32,344 nucleotides of DNA from Saprospiraceae bacterium. Its GTDB lineage: Bacteria > Bacteroidota > Bacteroidia > Chitinophagales > Saprospiraceae. Positions 1-8,419 of this stretch are shown here, one piece after another. The notes beneath the pieces were generated by a model that saw only the letters and a list, made by a program, of their open reading frames with translations, searched no databases and had not been told where the DNA came from. The DNA lies in contig JBATLS010000674.1 in assembly GCA_049289435.1 (NCBI GenBank), positions 1 to 32,344 of the forward strand, written 5' to 3'. Within the stretch, counting starts at the first letter, position 1, and each line of letters starts with the position of its first letter. Made by a program: the position numbers and the translations under genes.

Positions 1-359
1 TCTGAAGACTCTATGCTGAGTTCATCATAATTCAAAAAATCGTGGTGGCTTTTGTAACTATCACCTACCAATTGTTTAGTGGTTTCAGATACTAGATTTG
101 CCAGAGAAGTAAACTCATGTGATGAAAGAGACCGTTCAAGTTTTTGGATACGTTCAGCTCCTGGAGTAGCAAAGTAAGCAGCTACGGTTTTCAGATCTTT
201 TAAAATAGTTTCTGTTTGGTGTATGTAAAGTGCTTCATTTGCAGTCCCTTTGTCTGATCTTGCCAATTCAGCAGTTGCAATCTTTAGCTTGTTCCAGTAG
301 TCCACTCTTAGTTGACCGATATTGTAATATGAAGCTGTTTTTATATTTGGTTTAACCAC
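1..359 (-). CDS. hypothetical protein, N-terminal part only (gene runs off the left edge)
   Basis: Minus-strand frame is open from GTG (359-357) to the window edge with no stop. The GTG lies one codon after the TAA of the upstream VOC gene, in the same frame. Translation VVKPNIKTASYYNIGQLRVDYWNKLKIATAELARSDKGTANEALYIHQ... has no motif I recognise. There is no in-frame ATG, so the start is uncertain. It is absent from the ORF track because it is open-ended. Confidence 0.4.
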   Translation of the reverse strand, partial: MVKPNIKTASYYNIGQLRVDYWNKLKIATAELARSDKGTANEALYIHQTETILKDLKTVAAYFATPGAERIQKLERSLSSHEFTSLANLVSETTKQLVGDSYKSHHDFLNYDELSIESS

Positions 360-362
360 AAT

Positions 363-770
363 TTAGTTTTTAGAGTATAATGCAAGTTTGTTTCCCTGCG
401 AATCAAAAAATATAGCAAAGAAACCCATCTCTTCACTTATGAGAGTTTTTGGCATGATGATCCGCCCACCGGCCACTTCTACTTTACTCAATACAGTATT
501 TAAATCTTCACCAGCATTGAGATAAATCAAAGGACCACAATCACTGGGTACATATCCCTGACCTGCTACTACCGCTCCACCAATACCCGTCGTGACTGGA
601 AAAAATGCCATAGCATTGATATCCGTGATATTCTGCTGCATGGTGATACTAAATATGTGGTTGTAAAAATTGACTGCCTGCTCAAAGTCTATAGCTGGTA
701 TCTCAAACCAACTGACATAATCTTTGATTGTTTCTGATTTATTCTTTTTTCCTCGAGGTACACCTCCCAT
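363..770 (-). CDS. VOC (glyoxalase / bleomycin-resistance / dioxygenase) family protein
   Basis: 135-aa ORF. It has a VSWFEIPAIDFEQAVNFYNHIF N-terminal beta-alpha-beta module and a C-terminal GFFAIFFDSQGNKLALY strand, both typical of single-domain VOC proteins. Confidence 0.75.
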   Translation of the reverse strand: MGGVPRGKKNKSETIKDYVSWFEIPAIDFEQAVNFYNHIFSITMQQNITDINAMAFFPVTTGIGGAVVAGQGYVPSDCGPLIYLNAGEDLNTVLSKVEVAGGRIIMPKTLISEEMGFFAIFFDSQGNKLALYSKN

Positions 771-844
771 ATTTGTTATTTTTATCGCTTTTATTATTTG
801 TGAAATAATTGATAATCATTAAATCCCCTTTCCCTAAATTCATT

Positions 845-1759
845 TTAATGGGAAGATGTATGAACGATTTCACTTTCTTTAAATTTTAATTCGGATAATT
901 TGTCCAATCTTGTAGGTTTGATCAATGGGCCCAAAGAATCCAAGTAAGATGTAGATGCATTGGGCTGATAAATATCAAACTGATCCGTTTTTAAATGTTG
1001 TCTGAAACTCTTGAGCGGTTGTCCAAGGCGAAGGATGCCCATCTCCCGACTTCTTTTGACTCTTTCGATGTTTAATTCGAGTGGGATGATCTCTTCTGTA
1101 CCCTCAGATTGATGTAAGACACGACCGTCAGGACCACACACGATAGACTTCCCGCTACCTCCTGTGTCAAGACCATTGACGTCAAAGAAATAACATTGAT
1201 TGATCGATGCCATGGCTCTCACTATAGACAACTCAATGTCTCTATCTATCGTACCTGACATAGTAGGATGCATGATGACCTCGGCACCCATAGCTACCAA
1301 TGTTCTGATGGTCTCTGGAAACCACATATCATAACATATCGATACGCCAAATTTAGCTACTCCCGGCACATCAAAAGTACAATATTCATTGCCTGGTGTG
1401 ACACCTACTTCATACGGATAGAAAGGAAACATCTTTCGATATCTGGTAACTATCTCCCCTTTGGGATTGATTACTGTGGCTGTGTTGTAAATTTTGCCTT
1501 CACTTTTTTCGAATATTGATCCTGGTAGCAACCAAATGCCGTATTTTTTGGCCATTGCCTGCATTTCGGCTTCAAAATCATTTGGGATAGGTTGGGCAGT
1601 ATGCGTCAATGGCCCGTAAGCACACAGCTCACTAAACATGATCATCTCGATCCATGGATATAGATTCATGGTGATATCTATTTTCAGCTTCATCATTTCC
1701 ACATTGGGTACGACTGCTGATACTTTCATTTGTATGCCTGCTATTGCAAATGGTCTCAT
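845..1759 (-). CDS. carbon-nitrogen hydrolase (nitrilase superfamily) amidase
   Basis: 304-aa ORF with the Glu-Lys-Cys triad in family-typical contexts: MFSELCAYG (Glu), TRYRKMFPF (Lys), FGVSICYDMWFPE (Cys). Its ATG lies 1 nt after the stop of the upstream transaminase. Confidence 0.85.
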   Translation of the reverse strand: MRPFAIAGIQMKVSAVVPNVEMMKLKIDITMNLYPWIEMIMFSELCAYGPLTHTAQPIPNDFEAEMQAMAKKYGIWLLPGSIFEKSEGKIYNTATVINPKGEIVTRYRKMFPFYPYEVGVTPGNEYCTFDVPGVAKFGVSICYDMWFPETIRTLVAMGAEVIMHPTMSGTIDRDIELSIVRAMASINQCYFFDVNGLDTGGSGKSIVCGPDGRVLHQSEGTEEIIPLELNIERVKRSREMGILRLGQPLKSFRQHLKTDQFDIYQPNASTSYLDSLGPLIKPTRLDKLSELKFKESEIVHTSSH

Positions 1760-1760
1760 A

Positions 1761-3074
1761 TTATATATTTTTTAATTTTTTAATTTCGTTTTCTAAAATG
1801 GTCAATCCTCTATCTAATTCCGCATTAGTGATGACTAATGGAGATAGTATTCTGATGATATTTTTGTAGGTTCCGGCATTCAAAATGATCAAACCGTTTT
1901 CAAAACAGCCTTTTACTATTGTAGCACAAGAATCAGGATCTGGATTTGTTGGATCATTGTTTTTCACAAATTCAATGGCTATCATGGCGCCAACCCCTCT
2001 GACGTCTCCGATTTCGGGACAGATCTTTTGTAGATTTTTTAATCGGTCTCGAATGATGGCTCCAACATCTTTGGCTCTTTGATTTAGGTTGATCTCCTTC
2101 ATATACTTGATGGTGGCCAGTGATGCTATACAGCATATCGGACTTCCTATGTAAGTGCCACCTATAGATCCAGGTGCTGCTGCATCCATGATTTCAGCTC
2201 GCCCGACTACTGCTGCAATAGGAAGTCCTGAGCCCATAGATTTGGCATACACACTGATATCTGGTTGTACACCGTAATGCTGCCAACTTGCCCAATGTCC
2301 AGTCCGACAAAAACCACTCTGTACTTCGTCCATGATAAGCATAACCCCATGTTCGTCACAAAATGCTCTCAAACCCTCCAAATACTTTTGCGGGATAGGA
2401 TTGAATCCGCCTTCACCTTGAATAGGTTCTAATATAATGGCAGCTACTGTATCGATATCTACCAAGTTTAATGCACTTTCGTGCAATCGCTTTAGTTCAT
2501 CTGCGACAAATTCATCTTCATTCCGATTGCCTCTATAACGGTAGAAATTTGGGAAAGGCAGTCTATATACCTCTGGGGCAAAAGGCCCACTATAATGTTT
2601 ATAGCCAATTTTACTGGTCAAGGTCATGGCCATCAATGTACGTCCGTGATAAGCTTCAGTGTAACATATGATAGCAGGTCTTTTGGTAGCTTGCCTGGCT
2701 ATCTTTATTGCATTTTCTACCGCTTCAGCACCTGTGCTGATCAGCATGACTTTCGTTTTATCTCCATGAGGAAGTATGTCAGCCATCACTTCACATAGTT
2801 CAATGTAGGGCTCATAGGTCACCACATTAAAACTGGTATGTAAGTATTTACCCGCTTGCTCTCTGATGGCTGCTACCACGGGTTCGGGACAATGGCCTGC
2901 ATTTGTCACTCCAATACCGCCTACAAAATCTATCAGTTCACGTCCATCAGCATCAATGATGATAGCTCCTTTGGCACTTGAAACAGTTGCAGTATTAAAC
3001 ACGCCCACCCCATTGGGTACAATCTCCTTCCTTCTATCAAGGAGTTCCTGAGACTTGGTCAAATTTTTTGTCAA
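1761..3074 (-). CDS. gabT: class III PLP aminotransferase, 4-aminobutyrate/omega-amino acid transaminase-like
   Basis: 437 aa, collinear along its whole length with my memory of E. coli GabT. Matching segments: LLDRRKEIVPNGVG, DFVGGIGVTNAGH, STGAEAVENAIKIAR, ILEPIQGEGGF, MDEVQSGFCRTG, PLP-Lys context YAKSMGSG, GDVRGVGAMIAIEF. Substrate specificity cannot be read from the sequence. Confidence 0.85.
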   Translation of the reverse strand: MTKNLTKSQELLDRRKEIVPNGVGVFNTATVSSAKGAIIIDADGRELIDFVGGIGVTNAGHCPEPVVAAIREQAGKYLHTSFNVVTYEPYIELCEVMADILPHGDKTKVMLISTGAEAVENAIKIARQATKRPAIICYTEAYHGRTLMAMTLTSKIGYKHYSGPFAPEVYRLPFPNFYRYRGNRNEDEFVADELKRLHESALNLVDIDTVAAIILEPIQGEGGFNPIPQKYLEGLRAFCDEHGVMLIMDEVQSGFCRTGHWASWQHYGVQPDISVYAKSMGSGLPIAAVVGRAEIMDAAAPGSIGGTYIGSPICCIASLATIKYMKEINLNQRAKDVGAIIRDRLKNLQKICPEIGDVRGVGAMIAIEFVKNNDPTNPDPDSCATIVKGCFENGLIILNAGTYKNIIRILSPLVITNAELDRGLTILENEIKKLKNI

Positions 3075-3190
3075 TTTATTTGTTTTTTTAATGTATAAAA
3101 ATAAATGAGATAGCTACCGATAATATATCGATTCAATGGTAAAAGCAAATATCCTAATAGTAAAAAGTAGGTGCACCAATAGCTAGATTT

Positions 3191-3252
3191 AGAGTATGTT
3201 TAAATTTTCATGTTTGAGCGAAAGCGAGCAAATGGAATTTTAAACATACTCT
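3191..3252. repeat. 14-bp perfect inverted repeat (AGAGTATGTTTAAA ... TTTAAACATACTCT) with a 34-nt spacer
   Basis: Read directly: left arm 3191-3204, right arm 3239-3252. The spacer contains a GCGAAAGC mini-hairpin. It lies in the 411-bp gap between the crp-like gene and the gabT-like gene. Confidence 0.6.
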
Positions 3253-3485
3253 TAACTAAGCCAGACCTAGGACATTATATTATTGTCAGTTTTTATTTGT
3301 ATAAAAGAGTAGAAATTGAAATCCCAAAAAGAATTAACTACCTCCAAAACTGGGTCATTAAGCACAAATATACCACTTTTAATAGACTTATAAAGCTACT
3401 TAGGTAGCATTTGTCTATTTTTGGTGCATTAGCTATGGGTTAGATGGCTTTTATGAATACACAGATTTTTTCCGGTTGGAAGATC

Positions 3486-4193
3486 TCAGCGATTATATTT
3501 ATCTCTGGCTATAGATAGCAGTAGCTCTAAATTATCAATGTTTATATTTTTTCTACCGACCGATATGGCACCACACTGTTTTAGTTCCTGTATATGTCGA
3601 TTTACTACCGCTCTGGTCGTGCCAATCAAACCTGCGATTTCCTCATTCGAAAGGTTATTTATTAATTCCAACTTGCGGGTTTCACCATTGATGTTACTGA
3701 GTAAAAGGCTTGCTAATCGCACCAGAGTGCTATGCAAAGTGACATCTGTAGCCACATCCATCAGTCGTTGCATCCGCTCTCCCAAATACAAAAATATAGC
3801 TCCGTGAATTATGGGGTACTCCAAGATCCATTGACGCATCTGATCCATGGATATTTTGAGTATTTCAAGGTGATCCAATGCTTCCCAATACACATCGTTT
3901 GATTTCATATCCAAAAGAGACAATACATCAAACACATCTCCTGACGACAATATAAACACGGTATGTGCCCTGCCTGACTCAGGATGGGACTTAAACACTT
4001 TTAGCCTTCCAGATACTATAAAATAAAAAGTAGATAATACTTCAGTACTATTCTTTAAACTCTTTATTTTCCATTGTTCTGCCTTACAAAAAGTCAATAG
4101 GGTTTTTAAGGACTCTTCTGTAGAATCCTTGAAAAAAGGTGAAGTTTGTAAAGCTCTAAGACATCTAAGATAAAATATATCGCTTTTATCCAT
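3486..4193 (-). CDS. Crp/Fnr family transcriptional regulator
   Basis: 235 aa. It has an N-terminal cNMP-binding-like beta-roll (FYFIVSGRLKVFKSHPESGRAHTVFILSSGDVFD) and a C-terminal HTH (NEEIAGLIGTTRAVVNRHIQELKQCGAI). There is no FNR-type N-terminal Cys cluster. Confidence 0.85.
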   Translation of the reverse strand: MDKSDIFYLRCLRALQTSPFFKDSTEESLKTLLTFCKAEQWKIKSLKNSTEVLSTFYFIVSGRLKVFKSHPESGRAHTVFILSSGDVFDVLSLLDMKSNDVYWEALDHLEILKISMDQMRQWILEYPIIHGAIFLYLGERMQRLMDVATDVTLHSTLVRLASLLLSNINGETRKLELINNLSNEEIAGLIGTTRAVVNRHIQELKQCGAISVGRKNINIDNLELLLSIARDKYNR

Positions 4194-4273
4194 GCAGAGA
4201 CAAAATTTATGATGGCAAGGTACACAATTTGTATGCGAAGCAGCGTATAATCAAAATTTATATATGGACAAAA

Positions 4274-5869
4274 TTACCAGCAGTTTTGCCATAAACTACC
4301 ATCAAATACCCGCAATTTTTTTAAAATGCTATCGTAATATATGTCTCCCTCAGATGGATTGTCTGGGGGTTGATTTCGAGGTTCCAGTCGCATGACATCC
4401 TTTATATGCAGATTACGTAGAGGAGTTTCTACATTTATACCTACATTCCCAAGTGTCGTATTTGGTATAAAAGGAGTTACTGTTATGGCTAATGAAGATG
4501 CATTGCCTACTCCATAATCATTATCGCCTCTGACAGTAATGTTGCCTGAAAGTGCCGAATTTTCATAATTAATTGTAATACTACTCGTATTGCTGGTCCC
4601 TGTTGCCCCATTTGGCAATGTCCATACATATGTATTTACATTTGCAATAGGCGCAGTAGTATAGGTCACATTGTTTTGACCTTGCACTACAGATGTCAAT
4701 CCTGAGATGGCACCTGGGCATCCCGGCACATGATTTTTGATCGCCCGATAGATCAGAAATGGAATAGAAGTCATGCCATCCGGAAAAGAGTTGGACATAC
4801 CACAAATCACTGCTCCCATACATGTATCGTATATCATTTTGCTCTTATATCCCCACGTATCACCCCCATGTCCCCAATAGGTCAATCCCTGAGTGGTTTC
4901 TCTCGCCAGACCCAAGCTATATTGCTGGACAGGAGACATCGTTGGACCAAAATTCATCAACTCTGTCATAGAAGTAGCATTTAGTAGCTGCCCACTAAAT
5001 AAGGCATGATACCACTGTGCCATCTCTGACGAATTGGAAAAAAGAGCACCAGCAGCACCACCTGCAGAATTTAATCCAACTCTACTCACATTATGATAAT
5101 CATATACGACAATTCCTGAGCCTCCATTCCACCAGCGATGTGCTAAAGTACCCACTACTGGTTCTTCATAATCATAAAATGTACTATCTAAACTTAATGG
5201 GGTTAAGATGCTGTCACGTATCAACTTTGAAATGGGATATCCCGTGGCACTTTTAGCAACCATAGCTGCCAAAATATAATTTACATTTGAATAGCCCCAA
5301 CTTGCACCTTTCGGGAATAAACGTGGACCCAACCATCCTATCACTTCGACCGGGGCAAAGACTCTGGAAGGATTTGCAATGATGGTATCCATCCATGGTG
5401 ATACAAATATAGGATCAGAAATACCGCTCCTGTGACTCAAGAGTTGTCTGATGGTAATATCAGGATCAACATTCGTATAATTGGGCAACCATTTGTGCAG
5501 GGAATCATTTAGGCTAATAATATTATCCTCTGCCAGTTTTAACATCATAGTTGCAACAAATAATTTGGTATTGCTTGCCACGCCAAATGACATATCTTGT
5601 GTGATGGGCTGTCCAGTAAATGATACACCCGCTTTGCCTTGCCAAATACCCTGACCTGGCAAATATACACTTGCCGTCATTCCTTTGATATTATTGATCG
5701 CGGTAAAATACGTCTGTAATGTATCCTGAAGCATCATAGCCAAATTGTTGTTGAAAGGTTGCGCTTGAGTATCAGTGACTTTCCAAACATACAATGTTAT
5801 AAAAACAATCACAAAAAGTTGATTCTTTTTCACTATTATGATATTTTGAATAAAGGCTTTAATTAACAC
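4274..5869 (-). CDS. secreted serine hydrolase (beta-lactamase / class C-like family) with C-terminal PKD-like and tail-fibre-like extension
   Basis: 531 aa with an N-terminal signal-like hydrophobic segment. The SxxK active-site motif is in GVASNTKLF and a YSN motif in GYSNVNY. Roughly the last 155 aa form an extra non-catalytic region. Confidence 0.8.
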   Translation of the reverse strand: MLIKAFIQNIIIVKKNQLFVIVFITLYVWKVTDTQAQPFNNNLAMMLQDTLQTYFTAINNIKGMTASVYLPGQGIWQGKAGVSFTGQPITQDMSFGVASNTKLFVATMMLKLAEDNIISLNDSLHKWLPNYTNVDPDITIRQLLSHRSGISDPIFVSPWMDTIIANPSRVFAPVEVIGWLGPRLFPKGASWGYSNVNYILAAMVAKSATGYPISKLIRDSILTPLSLDSTFYDYEEPVVGTLAHRWWNGGSGIVVYDYHNVSRVGLNSAGGAAGALFSNSSEMAQWYHALFSGQLLNATSMTELMNFGPTMSPVQQYSLGLARETTQGLTYWGHGGDTWGYKSKMIYDTCMGAVICGMSNSFPDGMTSIPFLIYRAIKNHVPGCPGAISGLTSVVQGQNNVTYTTAPIANVNTYVWTLPNGATGTSNTSSITINYENSALSGNITVRGDNDYGVGNASSLAITVTPFIPNTTLGNVGINVETPLRNLHIKDVMRLEPRNQPPDNPSEGDIYYDSILKKLRVFDGSLWQNCW

Positions 5870-6049
5870 ATTGCCGTATTAATGTATGGCGGTTGGACCA
5901 AAAAACTGCTTACACAAAAATAACTATGTAAAAGTACATTTAATACTCATTATTTTTGACTTTATCCATCCGAAGTGTCTTTTTAACTTATCGACGTGTA
6001 GTAAATGAATGATAAATTGTCCTAACTGAGTCAAATTAGCTGTGGAAGC

Positions 6050-7078
6050 TTATTTGTATGTTTCGATAAATTTAACAACTTTTTCTTGATATAGGTCGAT
6101 ACCATTTGATATACCTAAATTATGATCAGAATGGGCAAATATGAAAATTTCCTTTTTAGTATTGAGACTATTATAAAAATCTACCCCTACTGCTGGAGGT
6201 ACCACAAAGTCATATTTTCCGTAGTATAATGCTACTGGAATATTCACTTTTGATAGCCTTGGAGACAGGTCAAGCGTGAGTAGTTGAGGCCACATGACAT
6301 TACTCGTCACTAGATTATTTACAACAAAACTGAAACCTAAACTATTCGGCTTCCCTCCGCTCAGTGTGATGGATTTGATACTATCTATCTCCTCCAGATA
6401 TTGTTGAGCCTGATAGCCATATTTTTGAAGCGTGTTTAACCCCTCTATTTTGGTTAAATCAACTTTCGAAATGTCTCCTATTATATTTTGCCACTCATTG
6501 ACTCTATTTCCGAGGCTTATTTGTTGATTTCCATAGTATTCCAATATGTTTTTTTTGCTTTGCATCCACAGGGGAAAGTTGTGTACACCTACTGTGGCAA
6601 TCACCCCTTTTAAGTTTTGTTGAAAGTCATCGGTAGTCATATATGCAGTTGCCAATGTACTCCCCCAGCTATCGCCCAAAAGGAAAATACTCAAGTTTGA
6701 CCCATATCTGAATTTCAAAACACTTATTAGCTTGTCTACATCTTTCACATAACTTTCGACTGTCAAGCTGCCTGAATTGCAATTGCCCTGAGAAGCTCCG
6801 GCACAGCGTTGGTCCCAATATACCAGACCATACTTTTCTTCCAATACTGAAAATACATTTAGCTCATTATAACCTATGGAGCTCCCTCCAGGTCCTCCAT
6901 GCAAAAAGATGACAAATGTCTTTGATGCAGTATTTCCCTCTACCCAAACTGGCATTTCTGCCTCATCGTTTTTTAGAAAAAAATGGTCGAAAGCATTTTC
7001 AGATATCGTAATTTCTACCTTTTGACAGCCTAATAACAAAAAGATGCTCCACATCGCTAAGTAAAAAACAGATCTCAT
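6050..7078 (-). CDS. alpha/beta hydrolase lipoprotein (prolyl aminopeptidase-like)
   Basis: 342 aa. It has a lipobox-like signal (FLLLGC), an HGGPGG oxyanion motif, a nucleophile elbow GDSWGS and a C-terminal His in FAHSDHNLG. Confidence 0.75.
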   Translation of the reverse strand: MRSVFYLAMWSIFLLLGCQKVEITISENAFDHFFLKNDEAEMPVWVEGNTASKTFVIFLHGGPGGSSIGYNELNVFSVLEEKYGLVYWDQRCAGASQGNCNSGSLTVESYVKDVDKLISVLKFRYGSNLSIFLLGDSWGSTLATAYMTTDDFQQNLKGVIATVGVHNFPLWMQSKKNILEYYGNQQISLGNRVNEWQNIIGDISKVDLTKIEGLNTLQKYGYQAQQYLEEIDSIKSITLSGGKPNSLGFSFVVNNLVTSNVMWPQLLTLDLSPRLSKVNIPVALYYGKYDFVVPPAVGVDFYNSLNTKKEIFIFAHSDHNLGISNGIDLYQEKVVKFIETYK

Positions 7079-7087
7079 CTTGTTGAA

Positions 7088-7756
7088 TTATTTAGATTTA
7101 TAAATAACTTTTGAGTTTTGCCATAGAGCATGCAATCTATACGAGAAATTCAATTCTATGGCAAATTGAGGTAGCACAGTTTTATTATACGGAAACCTAA
7201 AAAAAAGAGTTGGTCTTAATGAGAAGGCAAAAGGAATATTCTGATGCTTTGACGAATGATCATATCCAATTCCAAAACTTACAGAAGGCATGACATAATT
7301 ACTACCTGCATTTTGGACTAAAACTACGTTACCTGTTTCATCCACTTCATAAGTTTCACCTTTTAAATACGTACGTAGGTATCCCAAACCAATAAATGTT
7401 TCGGTCTTAAATCCCGATCGCCTCGTCTTCCTATACCCAAATTCTCCATTCAAAAACAAAGAATGATTATGTTCCTTGGTCGAAAAATAGCCCAAATTCA
7501 GTGTGTTTAAAAATTGTTGTTGAAAAATTTTTATGGTTCCATTTTTTTTTATTTTAGACTTATTCATAGTCAGAATGGGTCTTTCTAATCCTATTTTGAC
7601 ACCTGGGTCCACCAAAAAATTAGTAAAATATGAAATGGTAAAAGGTATATGAATCTGATTATTAGCTATGCTATCAGTACGGTAAGATTGAGCTTTTATC
7701 GCTGTTGAGAAGCATAGCAAGGAAGTCAGTAATAAAGAGGTCTTTAATACTTGCAT
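7088..7756 (-). CDS. hypothetical secreted protein, probable small outer-membrane beta-barrel
   Basis: 222 aa. A signal peptide ends in AIKAQ. Alternating hydrophobic/aromatic beta-strand pattern (FGIGYDH, FAFSLRPTLFFRF, FAIELNFSYRL). No catalytic motif. Confidence 0.5.
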   Translation of the reverse strand: MQVLKTSLLLTSLLCFSTAIKAQSYRTDSIANNQIHIPFTISYFTNFLVDPGVKIGLERPILTMNKSKIKKNGTIKIFQQQFLNTLNLGYFSTKEHNHSLFLNGEFGYRKTRRSGFKTETFIGLGYLRTYLKGETYEVDETGNVVLVQNAGSNYVMPSVSFGIGYDHSSKHQNIPFAFSLRPTLFFRFPYNKTVLPQFAIELNFSYRLHALWQNSKVIYKSK

Positions 7757-8161
7757 TTGTACATTTATTGATTTACTTGGTTAGATAGTACTTATATTTA
7801 ACTTGTATCTATTACAAAGTTATTTCTATTATTCAAGTATTTTGGTATAGTGATTGACTTTAACGCAAGTTTATGAATTCCATAAATAATGGTATTTTAG
7901 ATGGTAGATTTCCTTCTATTATAAAATTCAGAACACGATGGTTTAGTCAAATTAAATGGTCAGATATTGCACAAGTTTAGCAAATTCTACGAGAGGAAAA
8001 AGTCTATTTCTTTTGGTAGATGTTTTGCTATCACGATACCCATCGACAGACACTTTTTAACCACAGCATAAAGCTAATGGCACTTGAAAAAATGTATATA
8101 CTTTAGAGTTTTAGATCGAGACTACAGCGATTGGACGTTGATCTGCAATTATATCTTGAGA

Positions 8162-8419
8162 TTACTCAACTATTTCAGATTCCTGATCGTATTGTTTTCT
8201 GTTTCGGTACCAAATGTAACCGAGTGTTCCCACCAATATATAAGGCATCACAAACATATATAATATCCCGGTATTCAAACCTTTACCTGCTGTACCGCCA
8301 TCCCTTAGATTGGACTCAGCAGATATTTTACACATTGGACATTGAGCATCTAAATCTCTTTGTCCTACTATGGCAACAAGTACAAAAACCAACACGGTAA
8401 AAAAAATCCACTTTTTCAT
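8162..8419 (-). CDS. small (85 aa) bitopic membrane protein with a periplasm-facing CPMC motif
   Basis: This is the C-terminal part of track ORF 8162-8782, starting at the internal ATG 8419-8417. That ATG overlaps the TGA of the DUF420 gene (ATGA overlap at 8416-8419). Sequence: MKKWIFFTVLVFVLVAIVGQRDLDAQCPMCK...GILYMFVMPYILVGTLGYIWYRNRK. This gives a signal/TM segment, the CxxC, a second TM and a basic tail. Confidence 0.6.
   Translation of the reverse strand: MKKWIFFTVLVFVLVAIVGQRDLDAQCPMCKISAESNLRDGGTAGKGLNTGILYMFVMPYILVGTLGYIWYRNRKQYDQESEIVE

Noticed and set aside
3210-3407. 65-aa plus-strand ORF in the crp / gabT intergenic region
   Set aside because: Its ATG lies in the loop of the 14-bp inverted repeat. 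The translation is Lys/Ile/Asn/Leu-rich as expected from AT-rich non-coding DNA, with no signal, TM or motif. I kept it only as context for the structured intergenic region.
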